The notes under the pieces: model-generated
Told to the model about the DNA's origin: nothing
The model's database searches: none
The model's input: only the letters and a program-made list of their open reading frames with translations
Position numbers and translations under genes: made by a program
DNA from: a virus
UHGV virus genome: UHGV-0045723
Length of the DNA: 44,729 bases
Direction: 5' to 3' (one strand)
Shown here: piece after piece, positions 1 to 10,118 of the stretch
How the letters are laid out: the number at the start of each line of letters is the position of its first letter
Position numbering within the stretch: the first letter of the stretch is position 1

Positions 1-49
1 GAAACGGCTGGCTAATTCTGTACAGACTGTAATCTAAGGACGATAACGC

Positions 50-3000
50 ATGACATATCAGGCAATTTTCACTGGCTGGGATGATCTGACGATTGAAGAC
101 CTTCTGGTCGCTTACCGGAAAGCAAAAGCCGATAGCTTCTTTGAGAATACATTTCCTGTTGCTATCAAATTTGCCGAGTATGAGCAGGAATTACTTGAAA
201 ACCTGCAAAAACTCTTAGATCTTTTGCAGAGCGAAGATGGATTCAGTAGCAATAAGAAGTTGATTGGCAAATTTCGTTTGTTACCGAAAAAATTAACCAC
301 AAAGAAAAAACATGAATCCCAAAATGGACACGTCCACTTTTCTAATCCTAAACGAGCAGCCGACCATTTATTTAATAATTTTGATCTGATACCAGAGTTT
401 CGTATTATTGGTGACTTCCCGGTTGATAGTCACATTATCTCTGCACTATGGATTAACATGGTCGGGCATAAATTTGATGCCAGCTTAGATAACTGTTGCT
501 ATGGCGCGCGGCTAAAGCGTATTCGTAATGATGAATTATTTAGCAATGAGCAGGATAATCCATTCCATATCAGTGCCGTGGGTTCTTTTAGCCCCTACTT
601 CCAGCCCTACCAAAAATGGCGTGGTGATGGCTTAAAAGCTATACGTGACGAGTTGGAAAAAGATCGTGACATTATCGCCGCCTCACTGGATTTAAAAAGT
701 TACTATCATTTTATTGATCCACTGGCTATAACCTCTGATGATCTCTATAACACACTAAACATAAAACTGACTGAGGATGAAAAAGCGTTTACTGCACAGT
801 TAGCAGTATTCTTAAAGCACTGGTCTGACGGCGCAGCGGCATTTGGAAAGAAAATAGCGTACAAAACACCTGTTATTAATGGTGGTCTGGTCATTGGATT
901 AACAGCCAGTCGGATCATTTCAAATATATTGCTACACCATTGGGATAAATTAGTCATTGAAAAACTATCACCAATTCACTACGGTCGTTATGTCGATGAT
1001 ATGTTCCTTGTAATACGCGATACAGGGACAATTACTAATAATCACGAATTTATGTTATTGCTGCAAGATAGGCTTGGCAATGATTGCGTTTATTTGAAAA
1101 ACGAGCAAAAACAAATATGGCAAATACAGCAGGGCGAGCATTTCCAGGGTAAGACCACCATCCAGTTACAATCCGATAAGCAAAAACTTTTCGTGCTTCA
1201 AGGGAGGGCTGGAATAGACCTGCTCGACAGTATCGAAAAGGAGATCTACGAGCTTTCTAGTGAACACCGCTTGATGCCTTCACCGGATCAACTGGAACAC
1301 TCCACCGCAGCTAAAGTCCTTTCCGCTGCCGGTAGTGTAGGTGAAAATGCCGATACTCTGCGCCGTGCGGATGGATTAACCATTCGTCGTTTGGGCTGGT
1401 CACTGCAATTACGCTACGTTGAAACACTGGCACGAGATCTGCCTCCAAGTGAATGGAAAGAACAGCGGGAAGAGTTTTATCAGTTTGCCTACAACCATAT
1501 TCTTAGGGCTGATAATCTATTTGCACATTTTAGTTATCTGCCAAGGCTGCTTGGCTTTGCTATCAGTATGAATGAATGGCAGCACGCGGAAAAAATTGTA
1601 CTTAAAGCTTACGAATCCATCAACCTGTTGGCATCGGTGATTACTTCAGGTAAGGAAGTGAATATAAATGGTTGCAAAACTCGAGCAGTAAATGATCTTT
1701 GGCGCTGTATAAAAGGCACATTAAGCTGGCTATTTGTTGATGCAGCGACACGATATTACAGTCCTGACAGATTATTTCTTGATAAACGTTCAAAGAAAGA
1801 AGAGTGCCTTGCGGATACATTTTTTAATCATATTTCACAAAGTCTGACGAATCTAAAGGATTTACTGGATCTTCGCTTTGATTCAGCAGATTTTTATTTA
1901 AAAGCGCCATTGGTAGCTCGAGCTGATTTAGCAAAGGAACCTTATAAACAGATCGTAAAGAGTCAGTCGGCAGAAAAACTTGTTAATCAGCGTGATAGTA
2001 AAAAAGAAGTTAAAATACTGAAATTAATGAGCGACTCATCGCTTATTGATATTGACGTTATTAAGCTATTTTTGAAATCAACCAAGAATACCCGACTGGA
2101 AAAAGTGGCTAAAGGAAATCGTAAAAACGAAAGTTACCTACCTTACATTTTCCCTACACGTCCTTTAACACCCGCTGAAATATCAGAACTGGCCCCCGAA
2201 TGTGTTGGATTACCCTCCACATCCGACAAAAAACCAGATGAGAGACCGTCCACCATTTGGGCAAAATATACTCAAGCATTACGCGGAGTATGGATCAAAC
2301 CGACGTTGCTAGCATCGGAGCAGGACTCAGATGAAGCGACAAAAAAAGCTCGGCCTAAGAAATTCATTCATATTGGCACAGACAGGAAACATAAAGTTGT
2401 CGTTGCGCTAACCAGCATTAAAACAGAGGAGGACGACTGGGCTAAAATGGCCTGCAATAAATCTAACTTGTCCCGTTCAAGGTACCAGCGGATTTCTGAA
2501 CTGGTTAATGCAACATTGAAACTATCTCCTAAACCTGATTATGTTTTATTCCCTGAGCTTTCAATCCCGTTACGCTGGGTTAACAGTATTGCTGATCGTT
2601 TGAGTTCGGCGGGTATCAGTCTAATTGCGGGAACAGAATACCGCCACTTAGACGATAATCAACTGAAGAGTGAGGCCGTACTTGTCCTTTCAGATAACAG
2701 ACTCGGCTATCCAGCGAGTGTCAAAATATGGCAACCCAAGCTGGAACCCGCCGTAGGTGAAGATGAGGCATTATTTTCAACTTATGGTAAGTCTTGGGAT
2801 TCGACACTTAATGTTAAACAACGTAAGCCGGTATATATTCATCACGGCGTCAATTTTGGCGTTATGATTTGCTCTGAACTCCAGAATAGTAAAGCGAGGA
2901 TCCGTTTTCAGGGCGCACTCGATGCATTAATGGTATTGAGCTGGAATAAAGATCTAGATACGTTTGCATCGTTGATTGAATCAGCAGCGCTGGATATTCA

Positions 3001-3259
3001 TGCCTATACTATTTTAGTGAATAACCGAAAATACGGCGATAGTCGCGTACGTTCCCCGGCAAAAGAACCCTTTATGCGTGATATTGCTCGTGTGAAGGGC
3101 GGTGATAATGACTTTGTGGTCGCTGCAACGCTGGATATCGACTCGTTAAGGGCATTTCAGAGCAGGGCAAAACGCTGGCCTAAAGGCGGCGATAAATTCA
3201 AACCGTTACCTGAAGGATTCCAGTTGGCAAAGAACCGCAAAAAGCTACCGCCAAAATAA
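50..3259 (+). CDS. Defence-type (UG/Abi) reverse transcriptase fused to C-terminal nitrilase domain; DRT type 1 (UG1)-like
   Basis: 1069-aa ORF; RT motif C YVDDMF (HYGRYVDDMFLVIRD) in N-terminal half; C-terminal half has nitrilase-superfamily Glu/Lys/Cys context (VLFPELS, KIWQPK, VMICSELQ). Confidence 0.85.
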   Translation: MTYQAIFTGWDDLTIEDLLVAYRKAKADSFFENTFPVAIKFAEYEQELLENLQKLLDLLQSEDGFSSNKKLIGKFRLLPKKLTTKKKHESQNGHVHFSNPKRAADHLFNNFDLIPEFRIIGDFPVDSHIISALWINMVGHKFDASLDNCCYGARLKRIRNDELFSNEQDNPFHISAVGSFSPYFQPYQKWRGDGLKAIRDELEKDRDIIAASLDLKSYYHFIDPLAITSDDLYNTLNIKLTEDEKAFTAQLAVFLKHWSDGAAAFGKKIAYKTPVINGGLVIGLTASRIISNILLHHWDKLVIEKLSPIHYGRYVDDMFLVIRDTGTITNNHEFMLLLQDRLGNDCVYLKNEQKQIWQIQQGEHFQGKTTIQLQSDKQKLFVLQGRAGIDLLDSIEKEIYELSSEHRLMPSPDQLEHSTAAKVLSAAGSVGENADTLRRADGLTIRRLGWSLQLRYVETLARDLPPSEWKEQREEFYQFAYNHILRADNLFAHFSYLPRLLGFAISMNEWQHAEKIVLKAYESINLLASVITSGKEVNINGCKTRAVNDLWRCIKGTLSWLFVDAATRYYSPDRLFLDKRSKKEECLADTFFNHISQSLTNLKDLLDLRFDSADFYLKAPLVARADLAKEPYKQIVKSQSAEKLVNQRDSKKEVKILKLMSDSSLIDIDVIKLFLKSTKNTRLEKVAKGNRKNESYLPYIFPTRPLTPAEISELAPECVGLPSTSDKKPDERPSTIWAKYTQALRGVWIKPTLLASEQDSDEATKKARPKKFIHIGTDRKHKVVVALTSIKTEEDDWAKMACNKSNLSRSRYQRISELVNATLKLSPKPDYVLFPELSIPLRWVNSIADRLSSAGISLIAGTEYRHLDDNQLKSEAVLVLSDNRLGYPASVKIWQPKLEPAVGEDEALFSTYGKSWDSTLNVKQRKPVYIHHGVNFGVMICSELQNSKARIRFQGALDALMVLSWNKDLDTFASLIESAALDIHAYTILVNNRKYGDSRVRSPAKEPFMRDIARVKGGDNDFVVAATLDIDSLRAFQSRAKRWPKGGDKFKPLPEGFQLAKNRKKLPPK

Positions 3260-3421
3260 GAAACTGATTTTCGCTATTAATAATCAGGGTATTTTTGCGT
3301 GAGATGTCGGTAAACATGATGTAGCCCTTGCCACTCATGACCAATCGCAGTATCTTTCTCCCGCGCCTGCAAAATCAGGCGTCGGGATTAGCCTCCTGAA
3401 GAAATCTTATCGGCGACACAT

Positions 3422-3442
3422 GACGCGCCAGCGTCTTTTTTT
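3422..3442 (+). terminator. Putative rho-independent terminator downstream of RT-nitrilase gene
   Basis: GACGC-gcca-GCGTC hairpin followed by a run of 7 T. Confidence 0.4.
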
Positions 3443-3605
3443 GTGTTGTTCGCACGGTTACATCTCAATGGTGGGCCGGGCGGGGGCGGCGCAAGACGCG
3501 CCAGTGTCCGATAAGGCTGGTAAGGCTAACCCTGCCCGGTTCCACCACCCGCGAGATTAGCCTCTCCGGTGGTGGCTTGAACACCCACTTATCGGAGGTT
3601 GCCCT

Positions 3606-4076
3606 ATGGCTACAATCCTCACCACTGACAGCGATTTACTCGATCTATTGACCGTCCCCTTCAATGCCACCACGGATTTCACTGTCCTTGCTGACTACTG
3701 CGCCCGCTTTGCCGAAACCCTGATTGAAACCGACGATCCAGCGCTACGACTGGCGCTCTGCGGGCGGCTTCACGCGGCTCTTGCGCTACTGCAACCCACA
3801 CTACACGACCCCATCCCACCGCATCTTACCGAAAGCCTGACCGTGGATACCCTTCCCGCCACACCAGAGCACTTTATTTCCGAACCTGATTCCTTGTGCG
3901 AATACTGCCTCGCACTACTCCAGCTTCTGCTGGAACGTCCGGCGGAACCAAAAATGGAGCAAACCCTGACCGGGCTGCTGTGTGAGCTGGTCTGGAATTT
4001 CACGGAAGGACTCAAATCCCCGCGCTGGCTGCGTACCGCCGACGGCGTAAAATTTATCAGTGAGGTGGCCGCATGA
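3606..4076 (+). CDS. Hypothetical protein (island cargo)
   Basis: 156-aa ORF, GC-rich, no recognisable motif; an overlapping antisense ORF exists so strand is uncertain. Confidence 0.35.
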   Translation: MATILTTDSDLLDLLTVPFNATTDFTVLADYCARFAETLIETDDPALRLALCGRLHAALALLQPTLHDPIPPHLTESLTVDTLPATPEHFISEPDSLCEYCLALLQLLLERPAEPKMEQTLTGLLCELVWNFTEGLKSPRWLRTADGVKFISEVAA

Positions 4077-4200
4077 TGCAACAGGACTGACATTCCGCCG
4101 ACATTATTGCGGTGCTGAAAAAGCGGGGAACGCCTCTGGCGGCACAGAGAAAAACTCATTGCGGAAGCGCTGTAAATATCGCCAGAAATCATCTGGTCCT

Positions 4201-4428
4201 CAAGGTACTTTGATAGCAAAGGCAAGCTGGCTGGTTCAGTCCGGAGTCTCTCTTCTTGCACTTAAAGAGATGGGAGGATGGGAAACTCTTGAAATGGTTC
4301 GTCGTTAGGCTCACCTTTCAGCCAGGCATTTCACCGGGCACGCGAGCAAAATCGATGCGATTATAAGTCGCAATGGCACAAATACGGCACAAGAGGAGAA
4401 CGTGGTGTATTTAAATATGGGGTAACTA
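4201..4428 (+). pseudogene. Tyrosine integrase C-terminal remnant (in-frame stop)
   Basis: Translation [28 protein letters not shown]-stop-AHLS... parallels the C-terminus of the intact integrase at 43516-44679 ([37 protein letters not shown]). Confidence 0.6.
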
Positions 4429-4486
4429 CTTGATTTTAATGGTGCCGATAATAGGAGTCGAACCTACGACCTTCGCATTACGAATT
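4429..4486 (-). repeat. att-type direct repeat: 3' ~47 nt of tRNA-Thr(CGU) plus short flank
   Basis: tggtgccgataataggagtcgaacctacgaccttcgcattacgaat matches the tRNA-Thr 3' end through the anticodon and diverges at the anticodon stem; a near-identical copy starts at 44694. Confidence 0.7.
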
Positions 4487-4705
4487 ATAAGAATCCGCTT
4501 CTAATTCAAAGCATTACCCCATCAACACTGCGCTCACACGTCCCACCACATCAAAACATGTAAAGCCTTGCAAGCCATTGTGAGGCCTTATGTGTCTCAG
4601 TTTTGTCCCACTACGACCTGCACAGAAAATAAGAAAATAGCGGTGATATCAAACAGTACAGAAGTCTTTTTTCTTTCAAATGGAGAAACTGATTAACCCG
4701 TTTAA

Positions 4706-4933
4706 TTGTACTCCTCATGGGTAATCAGCAGTCCTCAGAGTAATGGAATGGCAGAAAGGTTCGTGAAAACGATGAAGGAAGTCTACATCGCGTTCATGCC
4801 GAAACCGAATGTAAGAACGGCATTGCATAATCTTGCAGTGGCGATCGAATATTACAATGAAAACCATCCGCACAGTGCGTTGGGTTATCGCTCTCCGCGA
4901 GAATATCGACGTCAGCGGGTAACGTTAACTTAA
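4706..4933 (+). mobile_element. IS3-family transposase (OrfB) C-terminal fragment
   Basis: 75-aa fragment with [14 protein letters not shown] and [17 protein letters not shown], typical of the DDE transposase C-terminus; no upstream catalytic region. Confidence 0.6.
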
Positions 4934-4974
4934 GATACACCCCCTGTCTGGAAATAAGGGGGCAAGAACAATGA

Positions 4975-5727
4975 TCAGATTCCCTGGTGAGTAAGAATTT
5001 TACTTTCTGAACTCCTCTGAGAGTATTGACTTGGAGAAACACCAAAATAACGTCTAAATACATAAGTAAAGTATGAGACACTGGCATAACCACAGACCTT
5101 AGCTACTTTACTAATAGGATAACAACGAGTGCTGAGTAAATATTCAGCCATTTGCATCCTCTCATCAAGTATGATCTTACTGAATGATACCCCCTCTTCT
5201 TTCAATTTCCTCTTTAGTAAACTTTCGCTGAGATATAATCTTGATGATATATCCTTAAGACGCCATGGTGCAGATAAATCCGTATGAATAATCGTTTTAA
5301 CTTTAGCCCCTGTGCTTTTCAAACATCCAAACAGAAATACTCCAAATTGTTTTTCAGAAGAAAATGCAGAGAGACATGTAAAAGCAATAGACTCATCAAA
5401 AATTTCTATGTATTCAGCACAGTGATTAGCCCAACTAATTAATCCTTTAATTAAACTGAAGTCAGCAAAGTTTATTTTTAAATAAGATGGATATTCCCTA
5501 CAATCAGAAATATCCCTTAAGTTATTAGCTTTCAAATAGCGACTAATAAACTCAGCGCCAAAATCCGCCACTATCACTCTTTCAGGATATGTCAGGAAAA
5601 AATCTCTAGAGCTAGAGTCGACAAGTACAGATGAACCTCTCTCCAGAAACACACTCTCTTTTCCGAAATAAACATCAAAGGACTCCAAAATCAATATAAC
5701 TGAACATGTAGTTGCCATATCATCCAC
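4975..5727 (-). CDS. AraC-family transcriptional regulator
   Basis: 250-aa ORF in AT-rich DNA; C-terminal dual HTH (ISKVAKVCGYASVSYFTYVFRRYFGVSPSQY). Confidence 0.8.
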   Translation of the reverse strand: MDDMATTCSVILILESFDVYFGKESVFLERGSSVLVDSSSRDFFLTYPERVIVADFGAEFISRYLKANNLRDISDCREYPSYLKINFADFSLIKGLISWANHCAEYIEIFDESIAFTCLSAFSSEKQFGVFLFGCLKSTGAKVKTIIHTDLSAPWRLKDISSRLYLSESLLKRKLKEEGVSFSKIILDERMQMAEYLLSTRCYPISKVAKVCGYASVSYFTYVFRRYFGVSPSQYSQRSSESKILTHQGI

Positions 5728-6300
5728 CCAATTTAACTGAAACCAGGATGAAGTATATGTATATAAAGTTCACTTTGCCAAACTTCAGTATAAAAAACCA
5801 CTAAAAATAGGGTGTGATAAAAAATACCGTAACAATAAAGCAAAGGATTATAAATTCCGTTACAGTTACAAATGATACTCAAGAAACAATTCCTTAGGAA
5901 AAACTTATTTACAGCCAATAAGTAAGACACTTATATGATATCAAGTTTTCATAAAACATAACTAGGCTAAATAGCTGCGCCTAATACCGCTACACTTTTG
6001 CCAGCCCATGTTTGCCTCCGGGTATTGACCCCTTCTCTACGCAACTTCAGTTCCCACCACCAACTTTGCGGCAGCTTTGTAGGATCAATGTCTAAAAGAA
6101 TAATGGTGACCGATAAGAAAACGACTGAATAACTGCAGATTTTCGCTCGAAACCTTCCTGTCAGATCCATAGCGAATCAAGTGCTGAATGTCACAGTATC
6201 GAACAGAAAACAGTGACGATCTAACCCTTCAAGAATATTCTACGATTGTTCTGTTTAGGAAAAGCAAGGCGGGAAGTCGGGAGATAAGTCATTGATAAAG

Positions 6301-6366
6301 TGGCGGAGAGAGGGGGATTTGAACCCCCGGTAGAGTTGCCCCTACTCCGGTTTTCGAGACCGGTCC
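6301..6366 (-). tRNA. Partial tRNA-Ser(CGA) 3' fragment (att-site remnant, not a complete gene)
   Basis: Reverse complement reads GGACCGGTCTCGAAAACCGGAGTAGGGGCAACTCTACCGGGGGTTCAAATCCCCCTCTCTCCGCCA: anticodon loop CGA, long variable arm, T-arm and CCA, but no matching 5' acceptor/D-arm. Confidence 0.6.
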
Positions 6367-6446
6367 AATCATCAAACGAAACATAAAATTAATTCACATT
6401 ATGAGGAAAAGTATCTTTTTTGTACTATGTAAATTCAAAGACTTAG

Positions 6447-7316
<870 letters not shown>

Positions 7317-7376
7317 GTCTTTAAGTGATAAGCATAAACCGCAGCACGATCTTCTTGCATACGACGTGCTACGGTT

Positions 7377-7931
7377 TCATTTATCTCCGACCGGAAACTT
7401 CTTATACAGTGTCGATATACCAACATCATAGATGATCGCCACCTTCTGGCGAGGAACGCCTGATGCAATTAATCGTCCGGCCTGCTCCCATTGTTCTGGT
7501 GTAAGTTTGGGACGACGTCCACCAATTCGTCCCTGTGCGCGAGCTGCTTCCAGTCCAGCTTTTGTTCGTTCAACAATCAGTTCACGCTCCATTTCAGCCA
7601 GGGCACCCATCACATGAAAGAAAAAGCGCCCCATTGGGGTACTGGTATCAATTGAATCCGTCAGACTACGAAAGTTGATGCCTCGTTCGCGCAACTCCTC
7701 CACCAGCACGACAAGATGCCGCATACTGCGCCCCAGTCGGTCCAGTTTCCAGACCACCAGCGTGTCACCTGCCGATAATGTCCTGAGCAGCTTTTTCAGT
7801 CCTGGTCTGTCGGACTTTGTACCGCTTATCTTGTCTTCAAAAATCAGCTCACATCCTGCACAGTTCAGCGCATTACGTTGTAGATCGGTATTCTGGTCAT
7901 TTGTTGATACACGTATATAGCCAATAAGCAT
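7377..7931 (-). CDS. Serine recombinase / DNA invertase (Gin/Cin/Pin/Hin family)
   Basis: MLIGYIRVSTNDQ catalytic-serine N-terminus, resolvase core, C-terminal HTH; adjacent to invertible tail-fibre segment. Confidence 0.9.
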   Translation of the reverse strand: MLIGYIRVSTNDQNTDLQRNALNCAGCELIFEDKISGTKSDRPGLKKLLRTLSAGDTLVVWKLDRLGRSMRHLVVLVEELRERGINFRSLTDSIDTSTPMGRFFFHVMGALAEMERELIVERTKAGLEAARAQGRIGGRRPKLTPEQWEQAGRLIASGVPRQKVAIIYDVGISTLYKKFPVGDK

Positions 7932-7985
7932 GTTAAATCCCCCTGGTAAAAGCAGGAATGATGCCATTTGCTTGTTATTTCTTCA

Positions 7986-8011
7986 TTTTCATAAACGTTG
8001 GTTTGGGAGAA
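7986..8011. repeat. Invertase crossover site (gix/cix-like), left copy
   Basis: Reverse complement ttctcccaaaccaacgtttatgaaaa; first 14 nt identical to the copy at 9813-9838, in inverted orientation. Confidence 0.7.
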
Positions 8012-8413
8012 GGCTCTGCATTACCCGTAGGTGTGCCTGTTCCGTGGCCTTCAGTCACACCGCCAACAGGTTGGCTGAAATGCAACGGTGCAGCTTTTTC
8101 TGCCGAAGAGTATCCGGAACTGGCAAAAGTTTATCCGACAAATAAATTGCCAGATTTACGCGGCGAATTCATTCGTGGGTGGGATGATGGAAGAGGAATT
8201 GATTCAGGACGGACTCTCCTGTCTGCTCAGGACGGGAGCATTGAGGCACACGGCCATGATTACAATGGGGCCATCTATACTTCTAGCGGTCCTTCCTGGG
8301 CTAATACGACGGATGCGGGACACCGGGCATATTCGGGATTTACATCATCATATGGCGGGAGTGAAACCCGTCCACGAAATATTGCATTTAACTTTATCGT
8401 GAGGGCTGCATAA
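8012..8413 (+). CDS. Alternative tail-fibre C-terminal segment (silent orientation of invertible segment)
   Basis: PVGVPVPWPSVTPPTGWLKCNGAAFSAEEYPELAKVYP...NIAFNFIVRAA resembles lambda Stf-type fibre C-termini; reading frame joins GLGE at the crossover site. Confidence 0.65.
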   Translation, partial: GSALPVGVPVPWPSVTPPTGWLKCNGAAFSAEEYPELAKVYPTNKLPDLRGEFIRGWDDGRGIDSGRTLLSAQDGSIEAHGHDYNGAIYTSSGPSWANTTDAGHRAYSGFTSSYGGSETRPRNIAFNFIVRAA

Positions 8414-9015
8414 TGGATAACGCCGTATTAAATAGCGAGCTTATTGCCACGAAGGCGGGGAATATTACCGTCTATAACTATGATGGTGAAACTCGGGAAT
8501 ATATTTCCACTTCAAATGAATATCTTGCCATTGGTGTCGGTATCCCTGCATATTCCTGTTTAGATGCCCCTGGCACACATAAGGCGGGTTATGCTATCTG
8601 CCGTTCGATGGATTTAAACTCATGGGAATATGTGCCAGACCATCGCGGTGAAATCGTTTATAGCACCGAAACAGGAGAATTGAAAGAAATCACAGGTCCG
8701 GGTGATTATCCTGAAAATACGACCACTATCGCCCCGTTAACGCCATACGATGAATGGGATGGTGAGAAATGGGTGACGGATACCGAGGCACAGCATAGCG
8801 CCGCAGTAGATGCAGCAGAAGCACAGCGCCAGTCGCTTATTGATGCTGCTATGGCTTCCATCAGTCTGATTCAACTGAAATTGCAGGCCGGACGGAAGTT
8901 GATGCAGGCAGAAACAACTCGCCTTAACGTTGTGCTGGATTATATCGACGCGGTGACGGCAACAGATACCAGCACCGCGCCGGATGTCATCTGGCCTGAA
9001 CTGCCGGAGGCGTAG
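8413..9015 (+). CDS. Tail fibre assembly protein (alternative copy)
   Basis: 200-aa ORF directly after the alternative fibre segment; C-terminal TDTSTAPDVIWPELPEA mirrors TSTAPDIEWPTPPA in the minus-strand copy. Confidence 0.7.
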   Translation: MDNAVLNSELIATKAGNITVYNYDGETREYISTSNEYLAIGVGIPAYSCLDAPGTHKAGYAICRSMDLNSWEYVPDHRGEIVYSTETGELKEITGPGDYPENTTTIAPLTPYDEWDGEKWVTDTEAQHSAAVDAAEAQRQSLIDAAMASISLIQLKLQAGRKLMQAETTRLNVVLDYIDAVTATDTSTAPDVIWPELPEA

Positions 9016-9430
9016 GCCATTCAATATCGGGGGCTGTTGAAGTATCAACACGCATCAGCAGCACACGGTATTTCTTCCATTGGGTGAGAGTTGAAGTTTC
9101 TTCATCAGTTGCAATGCCCGCATCAACAGCATCCTGACGCCAGGATATTTCACTGTCAGCTTTTGCACGAAATGTGGCTTTCATGTTTTCTGCATCTGAT
9201 ATTTTCTGTTCTGGTGAAAGCGGCGGCTCATCAACCCATGCAAGGGCCCCTGAAACCATTCCCAGCATTTTTCCTGTTGGCTTATTTCCCCCATTAAATC
9301 TGACAGCATCCTCATCGCTGATTTCAATACCATCCTGCGGCCATGTCCCCTCCTTGATATAACTTTCGTATAGCGCTGCGTTGTAGATTGCATTTTCGGA
9401 AGGGCTGTAAACACTTTTAACTTTATTCAT
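8987..9430 (-). CDS. Tail fibre assembly protein (active orientation)
   Basis: 147-aa ORF immediately downstream of the tail-fibre gene on the same strand. Confidence 0.7.
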   Translation of the reverse strand: MNKVKSVYSPSENAIYNAALYESYIKEGTWPQDGIEISDEDAVRFNGGNKPTGKMLGMVSGALAWVDEPPLSPEQKISDAENMKATFRAKADSEISWRQDAVDAGIATDEETSTLTQWKKYRVLLMRVDTSTAPDIEWPTPPAVQAR

Positions 9431-9434
9431 TCTG

Positions 9435-10115
9435 TTATCTCCCTTTCGCTATATAGCAAAGATTAAACCCACCGCTACCTGACATACGGGCTGTAAAACC
9501 CGTTCTTGAAGTACCAGTTGAGTTAACTCCATAAGCAGGCATGGTTGTTGGAGAAAGCAGAGACTCCTGGATATCTGCCATTGTCAGTGTAATTGATTCG
9601 ACCCGCGCGGGGAAAGGTAGCGGGAAAACAACATTCGTCCCTGTCTGTCCAACGGGGAAACCGAAAATACCCCATTGTGTAATTACCCCATCCGGCCCCT
9701 TACTCCATCCAGATTTAGGATTCGGCCAGTCTGCTGCTCCAGAGTGCCCCGTTGTAAAACTACTCATATCTGGTACTTGCCCGGTATCCGTTCCGACGTT
9801 CCTCGTTGCCGCTTCTCCCAAACCAAGGTTTTCGAGAGCCGTTTTCACCGTGCCATCCGATTTGATATCGCCAAACGGATTCTTGCGGCTTAACAGCAGC
9901 GCACGAAGCGCGGTAAGCAGCTGGTCGTGCCGCGCCTTCTCCAGACTGGCACCGGATGCCTCCACCACGCTACAAAGTTCTTCCTGCAACATGTCAAAGT
10001 AGTCATCATCCAGATCGGTGGCAGGTGTGCCGGTCTGGGGGTTACCACGGGTAAAACCGTTCTTACCCGCGCCGAACTTATCCTTCTGCGCGGTTTTCGT
10101 GTCTATACGATGCAT
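9435..10115 (-). CDS. Tail fibre protein (constant N-terminus + invertible C-terminus)
   Basis: 226-aa ORF; crossover site lies inside the coding sequence at the ENLGLGE position. Confidence 0.75.
   Translation of the reverse strand: MHRIDTKTAQKDKFGAGKNGFTRGNPQTGTPATDLDDDYFDMLQEELCSVVEASGASLEKARHDQLLTALRALLLSRKNPFGDIKSDGTVKTALENLGLGEAATRNVGTDTGQVPDMSSFTTGHSGAADWPNPKSGWSKGPDGVITQWGIFGFPVGQTGTNVVFPLPFPARVESITLTMADIQESLLSPTTMPAYGVNSTGTSRTGFTARMSGSGGFNLCYIAKGR
9813..9838. repeat. Invertase crossover site (gix/cix-like), right copy
   Basis: ttctcccaaaccaaggttttcgagag; two 12-bp half-sites around a central dinucleotide, inside the tail-fibre gene. Confidence 0.7.
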
Positions 10116-10118
10116 GGA

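Noticed and set aside
3770-4261. 163-aa minus-strand ORF antisense to the 3606-4076 ORF
   Set aside because: Ser/Arg-rich low-complexity translation; the plus-strand ORF was kept, at low confidence.
7958-8011. N-terminal extension of the alternative fibre ORF (MMPFACYFFIFINVGLGE)
   Set aside because: This stretch covers the crossover site and invertase leader; the segment is only expressed after inversion fuses it to the constant fibre N-terminus.
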